Shown piece after piece: positions 39,240-53,640 of a stretch of 64,000 nt of DNA (position 1 is the stretch's first letter; every line of letters begins with the position of its first letter). The notes beneath the pieces are model-generated. The model ran no database searches and was not told the origin of the DNA. It was given only the letters and a program-made list of their open reading frames with translations. The stretch lies in contig OZ024743.1 in NCBI GenBank assembly GCA_964016885.1, positions 62,310,001 to 62,374,000 of the forward strand. Direction: 5' to 3'. This DNA is from Eledone cirrhosa. Lineage: Eukaryota. The position numbers and the translations under genes were made by a program.

Positions 39240-39700
39240 AACATCACAATCCAGAAGAGTGGGAATAACATTGAAACACCCCAGAGGTCAATTACAAAAA
39301 CGATAGACGACAAAATAGGCCTTAATTACTGGGGTCAACTGGAAAAGTTCAAACTCTACTTTCTCCAACGCCACCATGAGCACTACACCATCTGTGTGAT
39401 GTCGAAAATATTCCATCAATATTGCCCAAATTATGTTGGCATCAACTCTCAAATTCACCAAAGGTTTGGTCCATTTGCTGTCCGCCCCCTACAAAAATAG
39501 ACCTCGAGTCACATTACGAAACAACTAGTTCACCTTAACTGGCGCTGCTCTCTTTAATATACCAAAACACATCAAAAGACAACATTCAAAAGGTCTCTGG
39601 ATAAATTCCTCCAATAAATTCCAGATAAACCATGAATATATTTCTGCCAACAACTCTTTACTAGAGTGAAACATGGTATGAAAGCATGACTGAGGTGTGA
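39240..39700 (+). mobile_element. Decayed CR1-group LINE 3' fragment
   Basis: IETPQRSITKTID...LNYWGQLEKFKLYFLQRHHEHYTI resembles E..QR..TK.I......YW.RL..L.LYSLQRRRERY. Confidence 0.7.
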
Positions 39701-39952
39701 TGTATGAATTAAAACACTTCGTAGGGTGGTATTATTAGGTTAGACATAGCCTCGGTTAATACTAGTCTTTATATAGATATGTATATATATATACATGCAC
39801 ACATACATATACTCACACATACACACATTCACACATACACTCACACATACATTCACACATACATGCATACACTCACACACATACATACGCACACACACAC
39901 ATACATACACACACACATACATACATACATACATACAAACAAACAAACAAAC

Positions 39953-40391
39953 ATCTAAAACCACGCAATCAAGATACAAACAGAAAGCCTGAACCAGCGT
40001 GGATGCGAAATTTAAAAAGCAAAATTTTGTCCCTGAGACGAAGTATCTCACACATCGCAGTCGTTATGAAATGCAACATAGAGAGCAACTTCACACGACA
40101 CCAGGAAGACCTAAAAAAAAAGGTTAGAGAGACGATTTGGAGATATAAAACTTAAAACTTTGAACTCCAAATTACACCAGTTGAAATAACAACTCACAGC
40201 TACAACAGAAAGACTAAAATATAAGTCAACAGCACATAAACGACAAGTGCTAAACAGATTGTTTGCCAGAGATCCTAAATCAGTTTATCGCAGCTTCGGT
40301 GGCAAAAGCTCAATCTCTTTTCTTTTACAACCTTGCCGCCAGGAAGGTGGCCGGTAAAAAAAATATATTCGAAATTAAGAGAAAGAGATAA
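39953..40391 (+). mobile_element. Internally deleted R4/Dong-like RLE LINE in (CATA)n
   Basis: PAWMRNLKSKILSLRRSISHI...LK.QLTATTERLKYK.....RQVLNRLFARDPKSVY resembles the pre-RT region of the R4/Dong clade. It is fused to the 3' UTR shared with 42930-43010 and 51880-51946. Confidence 0.65.
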
Positions 40392-40535
40392 CATACATAC
40401 ATACATACATGATGGTTGCCCCCTCGTTATCGAGTATGGCCATTGCACGAGGAGAAAAAAAAAAATTAATAAATAAATAAAAAAGAAAATAAAATAAAAA
40501 AAAAGAAATATATATATATATATATATACATACAC

Positions 40536-40567
<32 letters not shown>

Positions 40568-40569
40568 AC

Positions 40570-41710
40570 ATTAATAACAATAATAATAATAATAATAATA
40601 ATAATGATTTCATTTATTAGCCACAAGGGCCGACATGTAGGGGACAATACAAAGACAGGGACAGTGGGGGTTTACAATAAGGTCGAGTAAAAGTGCACAA
40701 TGGCAAGACTAATTTAACAATGAAAATATAAAATATAAAATAAACTATGCAAAATATAACAAAATAAATTCCCCGATAGGGGGTGGACGACCCTGGGGTG
40801 ATTCGGGTACCCCACCAATCCTGAACCACCCTGCGCTTCTAGGGCACCCAGGAGAGTACCCCTCTCCTCAAGTTAGCTAGCCTATAGGCGCATGGTCAGA
40901 GTAGGCCCATTCACACGAGCCATTCTTGCCACATTCACCCACCTTTTAGCAAATGTACTGGGGGGCAGCACTTCTCTCTCCACCCTCACCCTCCTTTCCA
41001 GGTGAAACTTGAAGAAGTTGATGAGGGATTGGCCGAAGAGAAAAGTGTCTGTCTTTAGTCCTTTCAACCTGGTCCACCATATAATCTCTTTCGCAACTGC
41101 CACCAGACAGAGGAAAATGTCCTGCTCTTCCTGACCTAAGGAAGGTGGCGGCTCGATCTTCACTATGGACTCGGCCGATAACTGGATTCGTTCCACACGC
41201 GACAGTAGCTGTTCGACATAACTCCACAAGTCAGTAATGCACGGACATTGGACAAGTGCGTGCAGAACGGTTTCGTCGTTCTGTGCGCATCTTGGGCAGG
41301 TCCGCCTGACAGCACTTCCGTGCCTGTAGAGTTTATCCCGAACCGGCAGTGCCCCCCGGTAGCACTGCCAAGCGAGGGATTTCTGGAAATTGTCCATCGT
41401 CCCCGGCTCAAAAGTCCTCCGGTACAGACTGGTCAGTTCGACTTCGTCGAGGCCCAAAGCTTCTCCGAGTGCGTCATCGCACTTGCCCACCACTAATCCT
41501 CTATAAAACTCGAGAGTGGAAGTTCCACTGATCGCATTGCCCGCTTGGTAGAGGGCAGTGAGTGCCTGGCAACATTCCAGGTGCCAGTCACCCAGTCTCG
41601 GTCTCTTCTTGACCCAGGACTGAAGCTCAGTCAAAGAAATGAGCTGCGGAAAGGCCCGTCTGATAAACGGCGACCACACCTGTTCACCATTGAGGCAGAA
41701 TATCTGGAGA
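40570..41710 (-). mobile_element. 5'-truncated Tx1/L1-clade LINE (ORF2 C-terminus with zf-RVT) flanked by (TTA)n on both sides
   Basis: ORF 40882..41820 after its microsatellite-derived N-terminus reads AWQCYRGALPVRDKLYRH....TCPRCAQNDETVLHALVQC...LW. 3' UTR 40606-40881. Confidence 0.88.
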
Positions 41711-41821
41711 TAATAATAATAATAACAATAATAATAACGACAACAACAATAATAATATACATATACATATATATATACACATACACGCACACACATAAGC
41801 ATATCTATACACACACACACG

Positions 41822-42440
41822 ATAGCAACTAACAGCGCTGCGATCGAATGTGGCTTTTTAGCCCAGCCAATGATCTAAAATGTCTTGCACAGAGTCAGCA
41901 ACCAAAACATTTACTGGGAGTAGCTGGCTGTGGTTGGAGTTCATGTACTTTTGCATGTCGCTTGAGCCCTCCTGCTGATTTACATTCTCTACCACATGTT
42001 TGGCAAGCATGATGAGTAGCATCTCCAACAGCAGCCTGGTAGTCAACCACTGGTCTTACTTTATGACTGCGAAGATGACTTTCGAGTCCAGCTTTGCTTA
42101 GGCAGAGTCTCGCACAGACGCTGCATGTCAGCACCATAGGAGGACCCTCGCCATCTGGAAGTGTAACAGCAACGCCCTTCCTCACATCCCGCCTTACTTT
42201 CTCGTATGCGATTCGAGATGCCTCAAAGGCAACTTTTCCCTCATATACAGTCTTTCTCCATTTATTACGATCAGCAGCAATATTCTCCCAAGTATCAGCA
42301 GAGATGTTAGCGGCTTTCAGAGAGGCTTTCAAGGAATCCTTATACCTCTTTTTAGGTTTATGTGGCGGTCGTTTTCCTTTAACCAACTCTCCATAAAAGA
42401 GTTGTTTTGGTATTCTAGAATCCTTCATCCTGGCAACATC
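41822..42440 (-). mobile_element. RTE-clade LINE 3' fragment ending in three C2H2 zinc fingers, (GT)n tail
   Basis: VARMKDSRIPKQLFYGEL..GKR...KPKKRYKDSLK...WE..AADR.KWR. Fingers CSVC..H...H and CQTC..H...H, then after an in-frame TGA, C*LCARHFRSLAGLKSHIRSQ to TAG at 41829. Confidence 0.9.
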
Positions 42441-42679
42441 TACACTCTCTCTCCCCACCATCACATGTCATTACCCTATCTAGACTAAAGTCATCGACCT
42501 GTTGTCAAACTCTCTACTCTGTGTTGGATGTGTGTATATATATATATATATATGTATGTATATGTGTGTATATACATCACTCAGTCAAACGACCAGATTT
42601 CAACCCCAACATCTACAACAACAACACCGGCACTAATGTTTACAGCAACAACAGCTTCAGAATGAATTGAAATGAACAT

Positions 42680-42711
<32 letters not shown>

Positions 42712-42741
42712 CATACATACATACATACATACATACATACA

Positions 42742-42770
<29 letters not shown>

Positions 42771-42772
<2 letters not shown>

Positions 42773-43010
42773 TGGTGCTACGGGTTATATACCAACCCGC
42801 TTGGACCAAAGTATGACTGAACTTGTATTTGCGGACAAAAAGCGCAGCTCCCTAATTCATAGTCTGCAAATGGCTGCGATAGCTGGCACCTTCAAAATTT
42901 GCAAAACATTCTTGCGATTCAAGGGATGACAATTTCTTTTCTTTTACAACCTTGCCACCAGGAAGGTGGCCGGTCAAAAAAATATACTCGAAATTAAGAG
43001 AAAGAGAAAA
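42771..43010 (+). mobile_element. R4/Dong-like RLE LINE 3' end within (CATA)n
   Basis: IGATGYIP..L...LQMAAIAGTFKICKTFL resembles the IGA.G.....LQ..A..GT..I C-terminus of RLE elements. (CATA)n on both sides. Confidence 0.7.
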
Positions 43011-43890
43011 CATACATACATACATACATACATACAAGAACAGGAGGGCGCTGGCTAGTTATGACGAGATAAAGTGATTAACTAAAATGATTGTTTCTAC
43101 AAAAGAAACTTTATCGTGTGTTAATCGATACGGGTGGGTAGATGTTTTAATCGATACGGGTAGACAGATCAAAGAGAGAAAATCTACAACAGACATCTTT
43201 TAAAACTCCTCATTAAACCTACTGTATAGAATTTCTTTTGTGGCGAGTTACTTGATATGTTGTTTGCGCGTGGCTTGGAGTTTTGGGTGCTCGGCTCACG
43301 AAAAGACACATTGGATGATTTAGTCTTAGATATACAATGACAGACCTGTCAACTGCCTTTTGACTCATTTCTCCCCGTCTCCCTGATTTTGTGAAAATGG
43401 GTATTGTAGCTTTCATTATGTAAAATCTGCACATTTTGCCTCATTTCTCCACATTTTAGGGCACTTTTTTACATGGGACTCCCATTTTGGGGTTTTAATG
43501 GTTGACAGGTCAGCAAATATTTTAGAATTAGTCACGGGTCACAAATAATAGGAACGTTGGAATAAGCGCGGGAGATTGGAAAATTGGTAATTTTTCTAGG
43601 TTGTTTTCGTTGATTAAAAAAAAGCAGAATTACTTGTTTACTTTACATATTGAGACGCCAATCTATCCTATTTATTTTATAATGTATGGTATTTCTAGTA
43701 ATGTACTTTTTTTGTCATGTATAAAGAAAATGAATTGTCGTAGGAATGCTGCGACTCTTAAAATGAAATTTTACTGGAGATTAGCAAAATTTAATAAGCT
43801 GGGAGGATCCGAAAATTAATAAGCGGTAGGGGTGGAGGGGGCAATATTCGAGACTCGAGAATACGTTTCAGTGGAATTATCAGCTACTTG

Positions 43891-44082
43891 CAGACCTGGC
43901 AACTCTCCCCGTCCGACGGGTAGATCTCCCAGCCACTTTGGGGTGGGTGAGAGATGTCATCTCTTATGAAAATGGGTATGGCTTTCATGTAAAATCTCCC
44001 CATTTTGCCTTATTTCTCCCCATTTTGGGGCACGTTTTTTCATGGTACTCTCCGTTTAGGGTTTTAGAGGTTGGCAGGACTG
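43891..44082 (-). mobile_element. MITE (CAGACCTG family) inserted in a family B SINE
   Basis: Interrupts the SINE motif CAGCCACTTGCACGTT. Flanks TACTTG/CATTTA are compatible with a decayed 6-bp TSD. Confidence 0.8.
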
Positions 44083-44580
44083 CATTTACACGTTGAATTC
44101 AGATGCAGGCTGTTCCGTTGATCGAACAACGGGAATACTTGTCGTCGGACCCGACGAGGTTCCATCACACGCGCACACAAGGGAGCCCTGATCGAGCAGA
44201 ACTATGATCAAAGGCATTCCAGTTGTGATCATCACACCTTTTTGTATATCTTAGACTACATTGGGCTGTACGAAATTAGGGTTTCAAATATTTCACCACC
44301 CCTCCTCACATTTAAATTATTCACACCACTACAGCAAAAATAAATGGTGGGTCCCTGTGGAATTACCCTAGACATTAGCCTCGTCGGTCATATGAGTAAT
44401 ACGACAATGAGAGTGAGACTTGAGGGAATAAGATGGCTTTTCTAGCAGATCTAACAACCACATAGTAGCTTTCTCGTTGGTTTGTTGCAAGTTTAGTGTA
44501 AATCGTGAAGGTCAGAAAGGAATCTAGGTCGGCGTCAGATCTCGTCCAAACTAATTAAAATGAACATTGCTATGTCAGTG

Positions 44581-44621
<41 letters not shown>

Positions 44622-44634
44622 AGGTGTATATATG

Positions 44635-44694
<60 letters not shown>

Positions 44695-46261
44695 AATATA
44701 TACATACACACACATATATATGTATGTATGTGTGTGTGTAATAAATGTAGGTATATATATATTATACATACATATATGCAAACACACACACGTACAAGTA
44801 TATATGTCTGTGAGTATGTTGTAGTTTCTAAACTATCACCTGTCTTAGGTGTGCCTTGTTTGATACCGAACATTCCTTTCCCTCAAGTCCACTAAGTTTA
44901 TTATAATTTTATTACTAATTAGTTTAGCTTCATAGATGTTCAGACGGCTAACTTGGCCGAGTGGTTAGGGAGTTGGATTATAATTGACGCAATCTTTGTA
45001 CCGGCTCACTGTGTTAGAATCTCCTGGAGGTCAAATTTGTCTTCCATCTTTTCGAGTTTGATAGTCAAAATACCAGTCCCGTACTCGGGTTAATTCTTCT
45101 TCTGTCTCTCTATCATTGTAACTCTGTCTTTCTTTGGAGGGGGTCCGCCAAGTTCAAAATGGTTTCTCATATTGGTACAAGGCTAGCAATTTAGTGGCCA
45201 GTGCTGGATTTATTATTGTGGTTAGGTGTGCACAGGGTCCAGGAGGGTTGGAGGGCATCTACCTGCCAAAAAAATATTTTACGATGAATTTTTCAAATGT
45301 TTTAAAGTAAATTAACTAGCAAGGGGAGAAATTAGGCAAAATGGGGAGATGTTACATAATGAAAGCTATACCCATGTTCACAAGAGAAGACATCTCTCAC
45401 CCACCCCAAAGTGGGTAGGAGATCTCCTCGTCGGACGGTGGAGGTGATAAGTCTGGTTATATATACATGCAAAAAAAATAAAGCAGCATTGGAAATGACT
45501 ATAAATGACAGAAATGAGAGGGAAGGGAGGAGCAAGGACTACTAGACAAAGGAAGTAAAAATGGGGAGGGGGGAGAGTGACAGACTGTAGACCCAGGTAA
45601 GAGCAATGTTTCGGCTGCGTCCCACTGATAATGGCTAGCGAAACACTCTGTAACAGCTGACTTCCGCCGTCAAATCGGATCGATCGCAACCCGCCTGGGG
45701 AAAGAACTCCGCGAGGTGGGGTGGATGCTTATTTTTACCAGCTATTTTGACTGGTACAACTTGAAATAAACTGTCTTGCTCAAAACCAAGAAAAAAAATC
45801 ACTATGTTTCAGATTCGTTCAAAAATGTAGTGTAATCAGCTATTTGTAACCTGATTTGCCAAGCTAGCTTTGATATGTATTGTTAAACATCCTGTAGGAT
45901 GTCCAAAAACCACCCTCCTGTCTAAACAAACTTGATGGAGTGGGGGTGTAGTCGCTGACGACCCGACCTTACAACATGCTGCAATTGGTTGCGTTACCAG
46001 TCGCGTTCATATATATATATATATATGCGCAAATACATACATACATACGCATATAGAAACATATATACACAATATATGCATACATACATAGATTCTCACA
46101 TACATACACACATTTGTATAGATTCATAGGTAAATACATACATCTTGCATACATAAATATATACGTATACAGATACATATATAAATATATTCACATATAT
46201 ATACATACCTGCATATATAGATACATACATACATACATACATACATACATACATACATACA

Positions 46262-46295
<34 letters not shown>

Positions 46296-47859
46296 GGAGT
46301 GGAAACTCACCATTCGTCACATACCAAACTGACATAACTTGTTACGTAATTAAAAAGATGAAGCAGTACACATACGTTGTGTGTATGTGTATATGTATGG
46401 TTGTATGCTTATATATATATGTATATATATATATAAGAGAGAGAGAGTGGTGTTTTTAAGTGTGCGTATGTATGTGCATGTCTGTATATATGTGTGTTTG
46501 TATGTGTGTGTTTGTAATGGCCACTGAAACATGCATTCAGGGGCAGTTATCTATATTCCTTTACACACACTCTTAAAAAAACATAACACCCACATATGCA
46601 CAAATGTAAGGGTCACGAATGACCGGCGGGGGATTAGCACCTAGAAAGTTCCCCGTCCAAGAATATTGATTATGGAAGACCAGCAGTCGTCCATACCGGT
46701 CTCCCATCTCCACGCCACCGAGGGAAAGGCTAAGGACGATACAACTTAGCACCAATGACGTCGCAATTCATTTCTACAGTTGAGTGAACTGGAGCAAAGT
46801 GACTTGCTCAAGAATACAACACCCGATCCTAGAATCGAACTCACAACTTCACGATTGCAAGACCAACGCTCTAACCACTAAGCCACGTGTAGTCACGTAG
46901 ATACAAATGTACATACATGGACATACTAATGAATACACATATGCACAAACTAATTCACTGACACACACGTGCACACGTATATACACACTAATGCGCAGAC
47001 ACATACAGAAACACACTAATTTATACTCACGCAAACACACATGTAAACACTAATGCATACACACATGTAAACACTAATGCATACACACATTGTGGTTGAA
47101 GCTCTGTCGGTTCTTCCCAAAAGAGTTCCAGTTGATTTGATCAACCGAAGAGCCTGCTTAGGAAATTAACACCAAAGTGGCTGAGTATTCTACTAACACG
47201 TGGACGCTTAAAGTAGTTCTCAGCAAGATTCAGTGCGACACTGTGTGGCATAACTGGTCCTTTGTGTGGTCCTTTGACTGGCCCCTTGTGTGGCCTTTTG
47301 CCTGGCCCTTTGTACAAGTACAACTCATTTTTATCAGCTGAGTGACCGGAGGCGATGTGAACTAAACTCACATTTTTACGACTATGGAGGCACCTGGCCT
47401 AGTGGTAAGGGTGTTGGACTTACGATCACAATGTCCTGTGTTCGATTGGGTTGTGTGTTGTGTTCTTGGGCAAAACACCTCATTTTACATTGCTCCAGGT
47501 ATACCCAGCTGAAAATGAGTACCAGCAATAGCTGGGGGTTTAACCCTGTGATGGACTGGAGTCCAGTTCAGAGGGGGAGTTTTGTACTCTCTGTCGCTTC
47601 ACACCACAAAAACCGGGATACGCACCGGCCTGATGAGCTTCTGGGTTCGAGATAGACTTTAGACTTTACGTCCATGAGCTAAACGCCCTAACCTCTAAAC
47701 CACCTGCCTTCACGCATACACACAGGGTCACGTAGATTTTTCTGAGGATTAAGGAACAGAGAAAACCTGAAGAGTTCAACTTTCATTTAAGAGATTACTG
47801 TGTGTGTTTGAGTTATTGTGCGTGTTTGTGATATCGTGTGTTACCTGACAATAGCCATA

Positions 47860-48150
47860 CATACACATATATACACAGACACATATACATACACATATAT
47901 ACACAGACACATATACATACACATATATACACAGACATACACATACATACACATATACACAGACATACACATACATACACATATATACACAGACACATAT
48001 ACATACACATATATACACAGACACATATACATATACATATATACACAGACATACACATACATACACATATATACACAGACATACACATACATACACATAT
48101 ATACACAGACACATATACATACATACACATATATACACAGACACATATAC
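47860..48150 (+). repeat. Minisatellite-like tandem repeat (unit ~ACACATATATACACAGACACATATACAT)
   Basis: About ten visible CACAGAC-anchored units. Confidence 0.85.
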
Positions 48151-50021
48151 CGTGTAGAATTAGGTAGACTGTACTTCAACTGAGTGGTAGTGGTAGTAGA
48201 TGGAGGGTTAATATTGGGCTGGGGTATTGGTAGGAGTGGCTGTGAGACTTGTTGATATGATGGAGGTAATGGTGATAGAGGTGGTCGTGGTGGTGATCGA
48301 CGTTTGAAAATTGCTATTGTCGTTTAGCCACTGGTCAAACAGACCTACGATCAGGGCCATTTCAGCTGTGTCCTTTCCTATATTTCTCAGAAATGGTGTA
48401 TACCTCAGACCAAAGATTACAGTGACCAGCATATTCACCCTTCAGTTTAACGACGGTGAGGTGGGATTTGGCTGTTGTTTCTAGCAAGTTGTTCCTCGTT
48501 GTCTGCGGTCTAATGAGGAGAAAGACACTACAACTAACTCGTGGGGAGGCGCATGACTTAGTGGTTAAAGTGCTAGGCTTAAGATCGTAAGGTCAAGAGT
48601 TCGATTCCTAGACCACGTGCTGTGCTTTGTCCTTGAGCAAGAAACTATATTTCACATTTTTCCAATCTTTAACTACGTTAAAGGTGCACGTGTTTGTGAA
48701 ATGCTAGCCACTTGCACGTTAATTTCCTGAGCAGTGCAAACAGTTGGAACGTGTTGTTGGAACCGACGGAGGTCCTACAACAACATGCGTGTTTGTGGGT
48801 GTTTGTATGCATGTCAATATGAGTGTGTGTCTATGCATCTGGCTGTGTATGTTTGCCTGTCTACATGTGAGTGATGTCTGTGATTGTCTTAGTGTGTGTG
48901 TTAGCAGGAGACAAACATCAAGACAAAACAGGTGTAACTACTACTACCACCACCACTATCACCACCGCCACCTTCACAACTATTACTACTACATTCAACG
49001 TGAGAAAGAAAATGTAAGGCCGCGGGGTTACCTTGAGAGACAAATAAAGAACCCCCACCCCACCCTACCACACACACACACACACACACACACTAAGCTT
49101 CTAAAGTGGGTGTGAGGAATGTTGTATCATATTATCATATCGTTTAGTTGAATGAGTAAACCAAGCTTTCCAGCCGTGACCACCCCTTGCAGTTTCATCC
49201 ACTGTCCTACCACTATATCATCTAATGCAGCCTGGTCGTATCTCAAATGAAATACTCTCTATTTCATTTGATTATTCCTTCCATTACTATATTTCTAATG
49301 AATAAACATTGCCTATAATTTTCAAAGAATTTTGAAAATAATCAGTAATTTGGAGAGATTTGTAATATTATTAACTTTCTCGTTATTAAAATTGTTTGAC
49401 GCATAGCATAAAAAAGGTTCCTAAATAAATATGTGTGCCTATAAATGGTCTGTATATGCTTATATAGCTACATATGTGTGAATATGTGTGAGTATGCATA
49501 ATCTGTATGTGCATATATAGTTATATAATATTCCGTAAGTGTGAGATGTGTGTGTATATACAGGGTATGCATGTAAATATATAGTTTATGATAGGTTTTT
49601 AGATAAATATAAACAATTATAAATCAGGGGAAGTTTCAAGCAGTTTGTTATCAAACGGGTTTTAATGAAAATTATTAATTATTTCATTACTAAGATAGTA
49701 ACATGACATATGTTTCTTATATAAAATTATGTTAGAAGATTGCGATTTAAATAGGAGGCCTTTAAAATGGGTAGTTTTGTTTCATAGAACCAGTCAGTTT
49801 TGGCCGGGTTAATAATAGTAGTGTGTGATTTGAGTGGTATTTGACTGCTATTACTAGCAGCTAGAACAAACTTCTTCGTGGTCTGTTGGTGTTGTTGTTT
49901 AGCCTCGATCAGCCCTGATCCAGTGGAACTATGATCAAAGTGCTGGTGGTGGTGCTGGTGCTGGTGGTGGTGGTGTACAGTTTGTAGCTGTTGTTATTGT
50001 TGTGAAGTTGGCGTTATATAT

Positions 50022-50122
50022 CCGCCGAGGTTAACTTTGCCTTTCACCCTTACGGGGTCGATAAAATAAAGTACCAGTAATGCACTGGTAATTGCTGGCC
50101 TTGTGCCTAAAGTAGAAACAGT

Positions 50123-50123
<1 letters not shown>
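50022..50123 (+). mobile_element. SINE family A 3' half
   Basis: Near-identical reverse complement of 52817-52905. Confidence 0.85.
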
Positions 50124-50184
<61 letters not shown>

Positions 50185-50187
<3 letters not shown>

Positions 50188-50345
50188 AGGGAGTATAACG
50201 TGGTCATTACAACAGCAGAGGTCCGACTAGCTTTTGATTCCAGAGTCGAGCCAGATCGATACAGATCGAACCTTGAGCTGATCAATAGCGAAACGCGCGT
50301 CATCAATCAATAAACGTAATGAAGGCTTAAGAAATCCTCTTTGTA
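50185..50345 (+). mobile_element. PLE 3' fragment related to 18767-19198
   Basis: AGATCGAACCTTGAGCTGATC....GCGAAACGCGCGTC...AATAAA. It begins with TCCAGGGAGTATAAC, approximately the reverse complement of that element's tail end. Confidence 0.65.
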
Positions 50346-50363
50346 TTATTATTATTATTATAC

Positions 50364-51310
<947 letters not shown>

Positions 51311-51879
51311 TAAGTACCCCTCCCACCAACACCACGCCCCTTACCACAGGTTCCTTTTATTCTTTCTCTTATTTCCTTTCCCCGCCGCCAACATCACCAC
51401 AACCACCACCCACATCCACAACCCCCACCCATCTCCACCACGTTCAGCAACTCATTCTTAAATCCCTTCTTTCTTCCAAACTATAGTCTGACGCTCCACC
51501 GAGCATGACGTGTGTGTGTGTCTGTATGTGTGTGACAAGTAACTACTCAAGCGTTTAACTGCAACAACTAAAGTTATTACAACAAATAACACAATTGCTA
51601 CAACAGACCATACATACATACATACATACATACATAATACGCACATACATACATACATACATACATACATACATACATACATACATACATACATAATACG
51701 CACATACATACATACATACATACATACATACATACATACATACATAATACGCACATACATACATAATACGCACATACATACATACATACATACATACACA
51801 CATACATACATACATACATACATACATACATACATACATACATACATACATACATACATACATACATACATACATACAT

Positions 51880-51946
51880 CTTTTACAACCTTGCCACCAG
51901 GAAGGTGGCCGGTCAAAAAAATATACTCGAAATTAAGAGAAAGAGA
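51880..51946 (+). mobile_element. 67-bp 3' UTR remnant of the R4/Dong-like element inside a long (CATA)n array
   Basis: CTTTTACAACCTTGCCACCAGGAAGGTGGCCGGTCAAAAAAATATACTCGAAATTAAGAGAAAGAGA, nearly identical to 42941-43007. Confidence 0.8.
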
Positions 51947-52282
51947 CATACATACATACATACATACACACGTACATACATACATACATACATACACACA
52001 TACATACATACATACATACATACATACATACATACATACATACATACATACAGACATACATACATACATACATACATACATACATACATACATACATACA
52101 AAACGAGAGAGATAGAGAGAGACAGACAGATACAGAGAGAGAAAAGGTGTAAAGTAGACGACGGGTGTAAGCGCCCCGTAGGAGGTTATAAACGGGTGGA
52201 AGGACAGCGATTATGGAGAAACTAGCTGTCGTTTCTAGCACAATAATAATAATGATACTGTTATTTCGTTGTATTTCATCAG

Positions 52283-52420
52283 AAGTCGAAGTGGAGATCG
52301 TGAATAGCTGCTTGAGGAATTCTGTGGGTTGCGACCACAAATGTACCCACACAGCGACAGGCCCCGTTTGTTCCTGCCACTCCGGCTATTTACTACAGGC
52401 TGACGGGAAAACTTGTGAAG
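52283..52420 (+). CDS. MEGF6: MEGF6-like internal exon, EGF domain (QVEVEIVNSCLRNSVGCDHKCTHTATGPVCSCHSGYLLQADGKTCE)
   Basis: cAG acceptor 52281-52282, GTAAGT donor at 52421. 138 bp, phase 1-1. EIVNSC...C.HT..GP.C is the distinctive MEGF6 repeat (human, from memory: IEMEIVNSCEANNGGCSHGCSHTSAGPLC). Confidence 0.92.
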
Positions 52421-52428
52421 GTAAGTTG

Positions 52429-52533
<105 letters not shown>

Positions 52534-52601
52534 TAATGGTTTTGCATGCCTACATACATACAAATATGCACGCATACACATAAGTATATGTTTGTGTGTA
52601 A

Positions 52602-52645
<44 letters not shown>

Positions 52646-52699
52646 GGTTGTGCATGCGTACACACATGCAAACATCCACATATATCTATATATATATGT

Positions 52700-52756
<57 letters not shown>

Positions 52757-52816
52757 TATATGTATATATGTATATACACACACATATATATACATACATA
52801 TATATATATATATATA

Positions 52817-52905
52817 TAATTGTTTCTACTTTTGGCACAAGGCCAGCAATTACCCAGTGCATTACTGGTACTTTATTTTATCGACCCCGTAAGGATGAAA
52901 GGCAA
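52817..52905 (-). mobile_element. SINE family A 3' half
   Basis: Matches the family A consensus. Confidence 0.85.
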
Positions 52906-52935
52906 AAAGATCAATATATATATATAATATAAGAT

Positions 52936-52977
<42 letters not shown>

Positions 52978-53509
52978 GTGTTTAATGTTTTTTTATATAT
53001 CATCTTTTCGTTACTTTGATGTTTATAATTATTTCTATCGATGTTAATTTTTTTTATTATTCCTTTGGGTAATTTCGTTACAACTTGCTTTAACTAATTT
53101 ACTCATGTGAGAGTCTCCCAAATAATTAGGGTGGGTGGAATAAGTGAGGTGGGTTGAAAAATCGGTAATTTTTCTAGGTTGTTTCCGTTGATTTATTTTT
53201 TTCAACGCCAGGATTAGTCGTTACGTTCTTTTATAACATATGAGATTTCTAATAATGTACTTTTTTGTCATGTGTAATATTTTTTAATGTTTAAAGAATA
53301 ATTTCGCCGGAGATAGATTAGCAAAATTTAATAAGCAGGGGATTGGAATAAATTTGTAAAATTAATAAGCGGGGAGGAGGACGATTATTCGATAAACATT
53401 TTCTCGTGCTACCTTTCTGTTAAATTTGTTTGACAATTGGCTGTGTTTATGTGGCCTCCGTCGGTTACGACGACGAATTTTCCGGTCAACGGAACACCTC
53501 CATTACTCA

Positions 53510-53640
53510 CTATTATCTGGGCGGAGATCGCCACCCGTTGGAGCGAACCCCATGTCTTGGACTAGCTATTCCAACGCATCTCCATCGTTATCCTCCCAAG
53601 CACCGTTTTCTCCATTGTGTCCGCTGTGACCACGAGGTGG
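53510..53640 (+). mobile_element. Possible CRE-clade non-LTR C-terminal remnant
   Basis: One frame reads LFQRISIVILPSTVFSI, resembling the LFQR.SIAIQR.NA.SI terminus. Short and frameshifted. Confidence 0.4.

Noticed and set aside
41895-41897. In-frame TGA in the RTE zinc finger as possible selenocysteine
   Set aside because: It falls at a spacer position of CxxC rather than a Cys position; CGA-to-TGA decay is more likely.
45630-45660. CTGATAA...GAAAC hammerhead-like string
   Set aside because: The core breaks the 3-8 pair, and I could not form convincing stems I and III.
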